DNA of 64,000 nucleotides from Octopus sinensis (Eukaryota): NCBI RefSeq assembly GCF_006345805.1, contig NC_043004.1, positions 95,170,001 to 95,234,000 of the forward strand, read 5' to 3'. Shown piece by piece: positions 1 to 13,594 of this stretch (position 1 is its first letter; each line of letters starts with the position of its first letter). The notes under the pieces were generated by a model. It saw only the letters and a program-made list of their open reading frames with translations, ran no database searches and was not told where the DNA came from. The position numbers and the translations under genes were made by a program.

Positions 1-138
1 TCTTGATGCAGTCTTCCTCCTTGTATTTCCCATCCAGCATTCAGACTGAAAACTACTTGCATTAACCTCATTTCCTTTTTCCCCAGTCTAGGAAGATCTG
101 CAAAGATTTCCAGCCTTGCTTCTTTTCCACGGGCTAAA

Positions 139-535
139 TCTTTATATATAAAAGAGAAGTTGTGTGTCTGTCTCCTACGATTTAGATTCCTAACTACTCC
201 CACATTTTGCGGTGCAGTCTAACCAAAAGCGGGTATCTTATAGTCGTGATTCATATCGAGCCCTTCTGGGTATTAGCGCGCGTCTACGATGAGTCTACGA
301 TTAAAAAAAAAATTTACCATCATTTTTTTCCATTTTAATGCATTTTTTTCGCTATTATATACGGGAAGTAACTCTCTAAACATGTCTACGATGAGTCAAC
401 GATTTTTAAATAAATTTACCATCATTTTTTTCCATTTTTAATGCATTTTTTTGCTATTTTTTTGGCTATAATTCTAAAAATGCTTATATAGTTATTTCCC
501 TTACAAACCCAAGCAACACCAGGCGATACTGCTAG
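139..535 (+). mobile_element. Non-autonomous Helitron-like element
   Basis: 5' TC(TTTATATATAAAA) follows an A; 3' degenerate hairpin CCCAAGCAACACCAGG then CTAG (532-535) followed by T, i.e. the A|T insertion site typical of Helitrons. Internal ~75-bp duplication (282-355 vs 384-458). Confidence 0.7.
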
Positions 536-1324
536 TTATTTATAAATACATAAGAATAATTTATCTATCTCTTTTTTAATATAAGACTTGGTGTAAAGAT
601 ATAGCACTGACTCGGACATTTTATCATAAAATGTAAACATTTTACCAAATCACTAAAACTTACCACATGTTACAAATGGTTTTACTGTTCAGTATATTAC
701 AACACTAAATAAACAAATTAATCATACAATGAATATATTTATGTCTATTTTATCACACTGAAGCAGCTGGTTTTTACATTCTAATGTTGTTATTACTACT
801 TGCTACTTTATCACAAAATTAGAGTATTATTCTCATTCACAGTTAAGTATGTATCCTACAGTTTCAAGAGCATACAGCTGTTGTGTGTAAGAAGAATAAA
901 ATGATAATAACGAATATATAATCTAAGACAGTTTCGCTCAAGTCAAATATTTTAGTTAATAATCTTTTGATAGGGACCCATTTGATCAGTGTTTGACCCT
1001 GATTAAATTTCTTATACTGCATGTAAGTCTATTCTAGGAAATTTTCCCTGCCTAAATTTTGGTACCTATTTGTCACAGATACACCAAATTGAAGCACAAT
1101 TGAAACAATGAAATTCCTGCAGGGATTTTCAATTCCTCAGTCATCAACTGATGTTTCAAATTGGGATTATATTATGTCTATCTTTAATCTTGTACACTGT
1201 TTCAATTGACTTCTCTTGACATTGATAACAATCTAAAGGGCAATTGGTCCGTAGAACTGGTAGGGTGTCCAGTAAAATACCTTTATTTATACTAATTTAT
1301 ATTCAGTTTTAGTATTTTACATTT

Positions 1325-2000
1325 ATTTTTTACTTTTATCTTTTACTTGATTTAGTCATTAGGTTGTGGCCATGCTGGGTATTAGGGTCACAACCTGGTA
1401 GACAGGGCTCTGGTGAAAATCCTCGGAGTGTCTGCTTCAGCAACTGGCAGCTCGTCAGTCGTTCTGTCCCTGCGTCTGCGGACAATCTGTGGCAAACAGG
1501 ATGTCTCCACATGCGGGATTGTTGGGGACTGCTTGTGAAATCCACATATTCCCACAAAACTTCTTCCATGAGTAGAAGAAGCCGACTCAACCCACCCAGG
1601 GTGAATGTCACCACAAGTAAGTAAGTAAGGCCATGTTGGGGCATCACCTTGAAGAATTTTTAATTAAATGAATTCACCCCAGTACTTTATTCCCAAAACC
1701 TGTTACTTATTCCATCAGTCTTTTTACCGAACTACTAAGTAACAATGACTTAAATACAACAACACTAGTGGTCAAGTGGTGGTGGGAGATAGACATAAAG
1801 ACACATGCACATAGATATATTCGTATATACAACAGGCTTCTTCCAGTTTCCGTCTACCAAATCCACTCACAACACTTTGTTCAGCCTGAAGCTACTTTAG
1901 AAGACTTTTGTCCAAAGTGTCTTGTAGTGAGACTGAACCCAGAACCATGTGGTTGGGAAGCAAGCTTCTTCTTAACACACAGACACATCTGCTGTTATTG
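1325..2000 (-). mobile_element. Degenerate tRNA-derived SINE family A, interrupted by an insertion
   Basis: Matches intact family A copies (e.g. 38925-39335): CCAGTTTCCGTCTACCAAATCCACTCAC, GAGACTGAACCCAGAACCATGTGG and the tail motif GGCCATGCTGG. Confidence 0.6.
1380..1628 (+). mobile_element. 5'-truncated non-LTR 3' end (RTE-like), (AAGT)n tail
   Basis: Flanked by 12-bp duplication GGCCATGCTGGG (1368-1379) / GGCCATGTTGGG (1629-1640); ends in CAAGTAAGTAAGTAA. The RTE assignment is inference from the short tandem tail and a Cys-containing remnant frame. Confidence 0.45.
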
Positions 2001-2924
2001 AATTTTACATTCTAGTTTCAAATTGTTCCGTGGCTGATTTTCTTTTTTTTACACTTTTTTGGGGGTCAATAAAAAAGTACCATACCATTCAGGAACTGAG
2101 ATTGATTATTACAATCACTTATAACCTCCTCAGAAAATGGGAGCTGCTTTATCTGTTAGAACTATTATGCTATGGTAAAACACAACTGAATGAAAAGAAA
2201 GAAACAGGAAGTAGTAAAACAGCCGACAACTGATGAAGAGTTATCTTCTTTTGGTATTTTATCCTGTGCTTATCTCTCGTGTGTTTATGCATTTTTCACT
2301 CGTTGCTAATGCCCAGTACTTAACGTGTATTTTCTATGTATTTATAAATATCATCATATGTTTGCTGTTAAGTCAACTACTTGCTGGTGCAATCTGTCTT
2401 AAGCATTTCTAGCGATTCTCTTGAAACTTACATTCATTGATGGAATTCTTGTCATCAAAACTAAAATATAAAGAGAAATCAAGAACTACTTTCATATCCA
2501 TGAATAACAAAGCTAATGTGATTCCAAGCAGTTTTGAACCCTGATATCTCCATCCACCCTATCTTACCCCCACTTTTATGTCTAGTTAAGGCCTCTTTCA
2601 ACCAGAATTGACACTACATCTGCACCAGGTAAGAGCCTCTTCAACACACAAGGTTAGGAAAAAGTTGCTTTTTTTCTTTTGATAACTAACAGCTGCCCTC
2701 TCTATATCGCCAATGTTACCCAAAGGAAAGACATTGGCTTATACAGCTTTACACCAGTCTCATTGCATGTGAACTCAGAACATAAAGATTAAGAATAAAT
2801 GCACTGCTTTCATGATTCCACTAATCCACTGCCCTGAATTGATACTTTGTTTTACCAACCTCAGAAGAATGGAAAACAGAAAATGAACTTAGTGTCTGAA
2901 TCCAGAATAAAGTGTAAAAGAAAT

Positions 2925-3028
2925 GTCATCGTCATCATCATCATCATCATCATCATTATCAATATCATCGTCGTCATAATCATCATTATCATCATCAATA
3001 GCATCGTCATCGTCATCATCATCATCAT

Positions 3029-3060
<32 letters not shown>

Positions 3061-3320
3061 TATCATCATCAATATCATTGTCGTCATCATCATCATTATC
3101 ATCATCAATAGCATCGTCATCATCATCATCATCATCATCAATATCATCATTATCATCATCATTATCATCATCAATATCATCGTCGTCATAATCATCATCA
3201 TCATCAATATCATCGTCATCATCATCATCATCATCAATATCATCATCATCATCCTCATCCTTATCATCATTAATATCATCGTCGTCATCATCATCATTAT
3301 CATCATCAATATCATCGTCG

Positions 3321-3368
<48 letters not shown>

Positions 3369-3850
3369 ATATCATCGTCATCATCATCATCATCATTATC
3401 ACCATCAATATCATCGTCATCATCATCATCATCATTATCACCATCAATATCATCGTCATCATCATCATCTTTATCATCATCAATATCATTGCCATCATCA
3501 TCATCATTATCATCATCAATATCATCATCATCATCATCATTATCATCATCAATATCATCGTCATCATCAATATCATCGTCATCATCATCATCATCATCAA
3601 TATCATCGTCGTCGTCATCATCATTATCACCATCAATATCATCGTCATCATCATCATCATTATCATCATCAATATCATCATCATTATCATCATCATTATC
3701 ATTATCAATATCATCGTCGTCATCATCATCATTATCATCATCAATATCATCGTCGTCATCATCATCATTATCATCATCAATATCATCATCATCATCATTA
3801 TCATCATCATCATCATCAATATCATCGTCATCATCATCATCATCATCATT
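2925..3850. repeat. (ATC)n microsatellite with ~39-45-bp higher-order unit
   Basis: Direct reading: recurrent CATCAATATCATCGTC...CATTAT units. Confidence 0.95.
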
Positions 3851-4016
3851 TTATACTCACTTTCCACGCTTGATGAGTTGAATGAGTCATCACATTTCAA
3901 GTAGTTTTGTATTCAGAGTATAACATTTTACCCTCCCTAGACAGGTTTGAGTGCAACATCTCACTCATAGTTTACATTTTCTACATGACTTCTACCACTG
4001 CTGCACACTTCCATTT

Positions 4017-4244
4017 ATGCTAGGCACTTTATGGTGTATACTAGATTCGTTTTTTTTCATTGCACTAGCACTAGAAAATTTGTCAAATTCTCAACAAGTC
4101 CCATGGTTCCTTCAAACATACAATGTCTCCCTTTGTACACCAAACACTTCTCATGGCGTACTCGATAGATTTTATCACGGCTCTAGCACTGGTGGAGTTG
4201 CTTGCTTGCTACTCAGAGTATGTCCGTTTATTCAAAGAATGAAT

Positions 4245-4281
<37 letters not shown>

Positions 4282-4831
4282 AGCAATGATGGCCAGGTCT
4301 AAAGGACAAAGAGAGAAAACTAGTAATACAGACCAGGTGATGGAAGCGTATTGAGTTTATGAGCTACAAGCAGGTTTGATGCAGTCCCTTATAGTTAGGT
4401 CCCTGATAGATGAGAAACAGAAGGACTGTAGTATGAATTGAGCATAATTAGGTAAAATGAAATCGTTCAATGCACTGAGTTGTATAATGAACAAGAGAGG
4501 CTGATAGTGCCTGAAGAGATGTGAAAGTTAGAGAGTTAGATATTCTGTCCAATGTATGAATGGTTCTGCCAGTCCACAACTTATTTGATGGTGGCTGCCC
4601 CCTCGTTATCGAGTATGGCCATTGCACGAAGCTTAATCAATGTTGTTATCGTGCAATGCCTGTGCAAGAAGATAATTTTTAAAGTGAGGAAAGGCTGTGC
4701 ACTCAGTCAATCCCACTCACTAAGCAACAGCAGCCATAATCCGAAAAGAAGAACAAGTCAACATCATCGGTAACCACTGAGCCGCAGGTTTTATATCGGA
4801 GTTATCCCAGTTACCTGAGTTAGCTTCTCAT
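4017..4831. mobile_element. ~815-bp insertion bounded by a 46-bp direct repeat, family unidentified
   Basis: TTTACATTTTCTACATGACTTCTACCA(C/G)TGCTGCACACTTCCATTT at 3971-4016 and 4832-4877, one mismatch. Confidence 0.45.
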
Positions 4832-5439
4832 TTTACATTTTCTACATGACTTCTACCAGTGCTGCACACTTCCATTTTTATTTTCTTTGCCTCTACCACT
4901 TACTGATACATTAATTTAGTCATCGGCGACTAAACCGGCAACCCCACCAAGCTTGCTTGGTGAGGAGGGTGTTTATTGGACACCCTGCAGGATGAAAAAC
5001 TTATTGGATAGATGCCTAAATAATCACCATATCAGTCAAGAAGAGCAGCTCAGTAAACATTTGTTAAGCAATGTATTTGTGTTTATGTCTGCTCAGAGTA
5101 ATATCTGAAGAAGATTAATTTCGAAAACATTGTAACTTTAAAAAAATTCAAGGTGCCAAACAAGATTCGGTAAAGCAAATATTTTTTTTACTCAAATGTC
5201 TTTGCTAGCTTCACGTTCTGAGTAAGAAACTCAACTTAAACGGTTTTGCAAAAAAAAAAAAAATATCTTAAAATAAATTATTATTCAGGTCTTTTGCTTT
5301 ATACTTGGTCAAGTCACTTGACTCCATTTGCCTTGCAAAAGACATTATGCTTTATTAAGTAATTATTATTCACAGCAACGACAGGTTTGGTTCTGCTTGC
5401 CTCTGGTTTGTACGGAATGTTTCTTCATTCTTTAATGTT

Positions 5440-5904
5440 TTGTGTGTTTACATGTGTAAGTGCGTGAACATGAGTAATGTGTGTGTTTGTGTGTGTGTGT
5501 TTGTGCGTGTGTGTGTGTCTGTATGTGTGTGTGTGTATGTGTGTGTTTGTGTGTGTGTGTGTGTTTGTGTGTGTGTGTTGTGTGTGTGTGTGTGTGTTTG
5601 TGTGTTTGTGTGTGTGTGTGTGTGTATGTGTGTGTTTGTGTGTTTGTGTGTGTGTTTGTGTGTGTGTATGTGTGTGTAGATGCATTGCAAACATCCGCTA
5701 GAGTGTTTCTCTCCATGTTGTTTCAGAATACTGTTATCTTTACTACTTTTCTTCATTTTACTGGGGAATGTTTTCCTTTCTCTGTTTTCTCCTTTGTTGC
5801 ATTTGTTACCATCATCACCATCCTCATCATCATCATCATCATCATCACCATCCTCATCATCATCATCAACATCATCATCATTATCATCATCATCATCATC
5901 ATCG

Positions 5905-5937
<33 letters not shown>

Positions 5938-5977
5938 ACATCATCATTATTATCATCATCATCATCATCGTCATCAA

Positions 5978-6020
<43 letters not shown>

Positions 6021-6037
6021 GTTATCAACATCATCAC

Positions 6038-6074
<37 letters not shown>

Positions 6075-6082
6075 GTCATCAA

Positions 6083-6116
<34 letters not shown>

Positions 6117-6151
6117 GTCATCAACATCATCATCATCATCATCGTCATCAA

Positions 6152-6187
<36 letters not shown>

Positions 6188-6510
6188 TATCATCATCATC
6201 ATCATCACCATCATCATAATCATCACCATCATCATCATCATCTTCATCATGATGATCATCATCATCGTTATCAACATCATCATCACCATCGCCATTATCA
6301 TGGTCGTCGTCATCATTTTTATTCGTTTTCAATTTAAATTAAACAAAAAATGAACAAAAGACAGGCAACATTAACAGCAACCAAAACGTCGTCGTCATCA
6401 TCATCACCATCATCATCATCTTCATCATCATCATCACCATCATCATCATCTTCATTACTCTCATCATCATCACCATTATCAACATCATCAGCAGAAGCAA
6501 CAGTAGTAGC

Positions 6511-6553
<43 letters not shown>

Positions 6554-6573
6554 TAGTAGTAGTAGTAGTAGCG

Positions 6574-6609
<36 letters not shown>

Positions 6610-6636
6610 GTGTTGGTGGTGTTGGTGGTGGTGGTG

Positions 6637-6703
<67 letters not shown>

Positions 6704-6725
6704 AAGCAGCAGCAGCAGCAGCAAC
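5440..6725. repeat. Compound microsatellite block: (TG)n 5440-5680, (ATC)n 5808-6490, (TAG)n/(GGT)n 6500-6725
   Basis: Direct reading. Confidence 0.95.
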
Positions 6726-7254
6726 AGCCCGAACCAGGTATGAATTAATGTATCAGTAAGTGGTAGAGGCAAAAAAAAAAATAATAAAATAAAATAAAAT
6801 AAAATAAAATGAAAAAAAAAGAAAGAAAAGATGAGGCAGGAGACAAGCAATGTTCACCGAAGTAATGCAAGGCCAGTAGGGGTGGGGCTTGAGGGGGAGG
6901 GGCGGAGAGGTATTCTACACACGTTGTCGGAACAAACGAGGCATACATGCAGGGGTCTTTTAGCATCGTTTCTGTTATGCACAATGCGCAGCAGCTCTCC
7001 TGCAACAACCTCGCTGCACAATTGATGAATTGCTGATTCTAGAAGTGACAAGAAAACAAGTTATTTAGTGTTTGTTTTTGTTTTTTGTTTTTGTTTGAAA
7101 ATTTTTTTTTTCTCTTTTTAATGTTTGTTTGATATTTTTTAATTTATTTATGTTTTTGAACTTTTTGTTTGTTCCTAATGCAATAAACATGCCACACATT
7201 TCATTTATACAACTTTTTATCTGTTTCTTCTTATATAATTTCATTTCTTTCCCA

Positions 7255-8530
<1,276 letters not shown>

Positions 8531-9652
8531 TTTTCATTAGCATATATACACGTTTGTGTAAGTACATACACACATACACGTATCTATATAAATAAAAGTA
8601 CATACATGTATATAATTATATACATAGAGATACATGGACACATCTGTACATATACATATGCAAATATGTGTCTGTGTGTATGCGTGTGCATGTGTGTGTG
8701 TGTGTGTGCATGTATGCATGGGAAGGGGACATTTTAAATGATAAACAAATAATAACCACAAAATTTTAAAAAAATCTCCTTGATACAATTTCTTTGAAAG
8801 TTTCCCCACAATTTTATTTGAAAAAATCGAAAATAAATAACTGTTAAAAATCTAGCAACCAGTCTCTGCGACTATTCGTCCCTTCATCTATCCATTTCAT
8901 CCATCTTCCACCATTTTTTTTTCCTTTTTTTTTTGGCATCCATTTTGATATCCATCTATCTATATGTAGTTCCATATATCTTTCAATCTAATTGTCCCTC
9001 TACGTAGCCAGAGAGCTATCAACAAGTCCATCTTGCAGTCTACAGGTCTATATATCACTATGTGACTATATATCACTGTGTGTTTATTATGCATTATTTT
9101 GCTACTCATCAGCCTATTTCATTGTATGCACATATCAATAGATTTGTCTGTCTACATAACTAACTTTCACTATTAATGTCTGACTATCTGTCTATCCATC
9201 TGTCTATCTATCTGTCTTCTTTTCTTGATCAATCTATCATTATCTGTCTTTTTTTGCCAATGTGTGATATGTGTTTCTGCATCTATGTGTGTGGCGTTTG
9301 CACGAATTTCAACTTTCACACACTTCTACAAGTATGCTTGTATGCTAATACCTATCAATCTATCAATTTACTTCCTTCGGCACGCATTTAAATTAGGCAC
9401 AAGAAATGATAAAACACCTTCTAAAAAGATATTTGCCACTGAAAAGAGCAACAACAACAACAACAACAACAATAGCAACAATAAAGACTACGATGACGTC
9501 GACGACGGCAAAAATTACAACAAAAATTATACTAAGGAAAGCAACAACAGAGGTAATTAGAACAAGTAAAAATAACAAAACCAACGAAATTAGCAGCAGC
9601 ATCATTCATATAATCACCTCTCTCTCTCTGTATGTATGTGTGTATACATACA

Positions 9653-9711
<59 letters not shown>

Positions 9712-9793
9712 TAATATATAAATTTTCCATACACCCATTTTCATTAAAATTTACCTTCAGTTTAGCATTCTGCCTTTTTATAATTTTTCCTTG

Positions 9794-9839
<46 letters not shown>

Positions 9840-9899
9840 TAGCTACTTACATACATTGTAAGCGATAGAGAGATAGGCAGACACATATTCGTATCTAGT

Positions 9900-9987
<88 letters not shown>

Positions 9988-9990
<3 letters not shown>

Positions 9991-10200
9991 ACGGGAAGCT
10001 TTATGAAAATAAACAAAAGACGAAGGCAGGTGGAATACAAACAAACAATTGTATTAGTATGGCGCTCAGGAATATAAATAAAACAAGCCTTTTACGTTTC
10101 GAGCCTACGCTCTTCAACAGAAAGATACACAGAAAAGAAACACGGAGAGAAACAAGGAGAGAAAAAAATGCGTGCAGAAGCTAGCGAATCAACATGGCGA
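9988..10200 (-). mobile_element. Short (TA)n-flanked repeat carrying a hammerhead-like motif (probable Penelope-like pseudo-LTR)
   Basis: Near-identical to 53281-53487 and 53524-53730; embedded in (TA)n. The PLE assignment is inference from the ribozyme motif. Confidence 0.6.
10088..10125 (-). ncRNA. Minimal type-I hammerhead-like motif with CUGUUGA core variant
   Basis: Minus strand reads TCTTT-CTGTTGA-A-GAGC GTAG GCTC-GAAA-CG-TA/AAAGG: stem I TCTTT/AAAGG, stem II GAGC/GCTC, palindromic ACGT stem III, GUA site. The core deviates from CUGANGA at A6. Confidence 0.45.
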
Positions 10201-10254
<54 letters not shown>

Positions 10255-10577
10255 GTGTGTGTGTGTGTATGTGTATGTATGCATGCATGTGTCTACGTAA
10301 GTACGTACGTACATACAAACATACAGTAATACGAAACCCAGTGTAATTCTAACCCTGCAGTAAATGAATTGTGTGACATTCCTTAGGTTACAAAAAGAAA
10401 GCAAAGGGATGCTTATCGCAAGAGAAGATTTCCCAATATTTTCCACCAATTGTCAGTGAGCCTCTACACATTCCATAGAAATAGCTGCTAAATTTCCTTC
10501 AAAATAAACTGCATCTTTCTCATCATTTTTCTTTAAAACGAATGGTTGGATATATTAAACAACAACAACAACGACAC

Positions 10578-10611
<34 letters not shown>

Positions 10612-10671
10612 ATACTTTCTATGTAATCTCAAGTTTTAAAACAAACATAATTTTCGTATGTTTCTTTTTTT

Positions 10672-10822
10672 AGACATTCACTAGTACAACACTAAATACA
10701 AAACCAAATATATGGCACACTAGGCATAACAACAACACGAACTTCCAACCTGTTGTCTCTTGAGGTCTCTGGGTGAGACTTGGAGCCAACTTGTACAAAT
10801 GTAAAGCAAAAGTCAAACATAG
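10672..10822 (+). mobile_element. Probable 3' UTR remnant of an R4/Dong-like element
   Basis: Non-coding unit between two (AAT)n tracts that ends directly in AATAAT like its neighbours; no coding motif seen. Confidence 0.3.
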
Positions 10823-10846
10823 AATAATAATAATAATAATAATTAT

Positions 10847-10891
<45 letters not shown>

Positions 10892-10894
<3 letters not shown>

Positions 10895-11879
10895 CAAGAA
10901 ATCATACCACCTAATAAACACGAAGAAGAAGAAGAAGAAGATGATGAAGAAACAACAAAAGCTATAAAACAAATGAAATCCAAACTAAAAATAGAACAGC
11001 AACGAACCATGATAAAACGATGGCAAGAAAAGCCCCTTCATGGTAAATACTGGACTAAACTAAACGCAAAAAATAGACAAAGAAAGATCCCAGCAATGGT
11101 TGAGAAGCTCAGGACTCAAAGCAGAAACAGAGGGATTTTTAATTGCAGCACAAGACCAAAGCCTCCCCACCAGAAATTACCAAAAACATGTAATGAAAAG
11201 AAATATTACAAGTAACTGCAGAATATGTGGAGATGGACAAGAAACAATAATCACATATTATCTCTAGCTGCCCAGTCCTGCTAAGAAGGAATATATTCAC
11301 AGACATGACAGAGTTGGAACCTACATACACTGGAAGCTATGCCAACATTATGGATAACAACAGAAAAAAGATGGTATAGGCACACACCAGAAAAGGTTAC
11401 AGAAAACGAGAAAGCAACAATACTCTGGGATATGCCGATACACACAGATAGAGAAATTAAGGCCAACAGACCAGATATAGTTGTCAGAGATCATGAAGAA
11501 AAAAAATGCTTTCTAATTGATGTATCAGTACCGGCAGATGACAACGTGTCTCTAAAAGAAATGGAGAAACTCTCAAAATACAAAGACTTGGAAATAGAGG
11601 TAACTAGAATGTGGAATCTGAAAACAGAAACAATTCCTATCATAGTAGGTGCATTAGGCTTGATAAAAAAATATTCAGACAAATACATAACAAAAACACC
11701 AGGACTTACAAACACATATATCATACAGAAAATTGCACTACTAGGCACTGCACACATCCTACGCAGAGCACTTTCCATACAATAACCATCAGAGCATCAC
11801 AACAAATCACAGCACATACCCAAGGCACACAGAGCTGCGCTCGGTAGTGAAGTGAAAGCACGCTATAAAAATAAAACTA

Positions 11880-11882
<3 letters not shown>
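10892..11882 (+). mobile_element. 5'-truncated R4/Dong-clade non-LTR retrotransposon, subfamily A (CCHC + restriction-like endonuclease)
   Basis: ORFs 10973-11215 and 11339-11785: WQEKPLHGKYW, frameshifted C-x2-C-x8-H-x4-C (CRICGDGQET..H..SSC), [59 protein letters not shown]; flanked by (TAA)n on both sides. Confidence 0.9.
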
Positions 11883-11966
<84 letters not shown>

Positions 11967-11967
11967 A

Positions 11968-12209
11968 AAGACTTTGGAAAGTACGGGTAAAATGTATCCC
12001 TATAGTTATAGGCGCATTAGGAACTATTCCTAAAGATCTGAACAGATAGATAGAAGTAATAGGCCTAAAACCCAGAATAGTTTCAGAAAACGGAGTTATT
12101 AGGGACAGCTAGGATACGTAGGAGGGTCCTTGGCATCTAAGGTTACTTGTTGTAGCCTGATGTTTGGAATCTTACTTTCGCAACAGTCTAATCTGTTATG
12201 CGTATCTGA

Positions 12210-12210
<1 letters not shown>
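11968..12210 (+). mobile_element. R4/Dong-like 3' end, second subfamily
   Basis: Translates to LWKVRVKCIPIVIGALGTIPKDL...QKTELLGTARIRRRVLGI*, with a different 3' UTR ending CTGAA-(ATA)n. Confidence 0.8.
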
Positions 12211-12281
<71 letters not shown>

Positions 12282-12282
<1 letters not shown>

Positions 12283-12581
12283 GAAAGACCTGGAAATAGA
12301 GGTAACCAGAATGTGGAATCTAAAAACAGAAACAATTCCTATCATAGTAGGTGCATTAGGCATGATAAAAAAATATTCAGACAAATACATAACAAAAACA
12401 CCAGGACTTACAAACACATATAACATACAGAAAATTACACTACTGGGCACTGCACACATCCTACACAAAACACTTTCAATACAGTAACCATCAGAGCATC
12501 ACAACAAATCACAGCACATACCCAAGGCACACAGAGCTGCGCTCGGTAGTGAAGTGATAGCACGCTATAAAAATAAAACTA

Positions 12582-12584
<3 letters not shown>
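12282..12584 (+). mobile_element. R4/Dong subfamily A, short 3' copy
   Basis: Near-identical to 11585-11882; same ...AAAACTACTG-AATAAT end. Confidence 0.9.
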
Positions 12585-12640
<56 letters not shown>

Positions 12641-12651
12641 CAATAATAATA

Positions 12652-12783
12652 ACATCCAGATAATATCCAGGTACCAAAACTTATAATTTGCAGAAAGAGA
12701 CCCTTTGAGACTTCTGACAAGTTTCTGTCCGTTCTCACAGAATCAACCAGAGCAAGCAAGACCGAGAGCTCTGAGGACTAAAA
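12652..12783 (+). mobile_element. R4/Dong-like 3' UTR, third subfamily
   Basis: Homologous to 29775-29897, which there follows an RLE C-terminus; ends in ATGATAAT. Confidence 0.6.
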
Positions 12784-12836
12784 TGATAATAATAATATTA
12801 ACAGCTGTTTTTCTCTGAGTCGCACGCTATTCTCAG

Positions 12837-13199
12837 ATCAAGATATTGTGGAGAGACGAAAGAGAAACAGTGAATGTATTCAATTTATTCATTGAATTAG
12901 CATATGCAGCCGAAGGAAAATTTAAGGTCTGTGTTTTATTTTTGGCTAAAGTTTATTTTTCTCTCACAGGCCACGACAAAAGTAGTCTTGAATATTTCAG
13001 TCTTAAATCAACAATTGACTGTAAGATGAAAGAAAAATAAAATAGGATAAAGACGACGAGCATCGAAGGAGAAGTAATGTAAAAAGCAACGGATTTACTA
13101 AACCTTTCAATCAGTTGAGCAGTTGATTCTTATTTCGATTTATCGATTGCAGTTCTTTCTACCACTTGGAAGTGGATATTTTACAAAATCTTACAATAA
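12837..13199 (+). CDS. Candidate 3' exons of a small propeptide gene (exons 12837-12869, 12970-13020, 13153-13199)
   Basis: Hand-spliced at canonical AG/GT sites, all phase 1: xQDIVERRKRNSHDKSSLEYFSLKSTIDFLSTTWKWIFYKILQ*. Donor immediately after TAA, strong acceptor at 13253, AATAAA at 13374. No upstream start exon found and no homology known to me. Confidence 0.3.
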
Positions 13200-13594
13200 G
13201 TAAAATAGTCAATTCTCTTGTTTGGAAAATAAATATATTATTTTCCTCTTCAGTATTTGTGAATATACAACAATTATGAAATTTTTTTTTTTTCGTGTCT
13301 TGAAAAGATTCCTCATCATGTTTGGTTAAAATATTTCACTGAAATGTTATGTTGATATAGTAGACAGAATCATAATAAAAATGCTCCTTTGAGATTCATC
13401 GTCTATGACAAACATTCCTAACATATCACACACATGTTCACAAATATAAGAACTTTCATGTATTTATTCGATCTTTTAAAGTTAGCAGCTAAGTTTCCTT
13501 CAAATTAGTCAACAAGACAGTTCATAGTGTTAAAAAATGGAAGCTTCACTAGGAATGTTGTTTATGGAGAAGTCATCTAAGTAAACGTAAATAT

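Noticed and set aside
5196-5390. Possible upstream micro-exons for candidate gene A (5196-5221, 5289-5307, a 9-nt segment near 5375)
   Set aside because: The phases do not chain to the phase-1 exon at 12837, and the peptide (MSLLASRSESFALYL) is a poor signal sequence.
6870-6920. G-rich stretch with GGGCGG as a possible promoter
   Set aside because: A single short motif with no associated transcript evidence.
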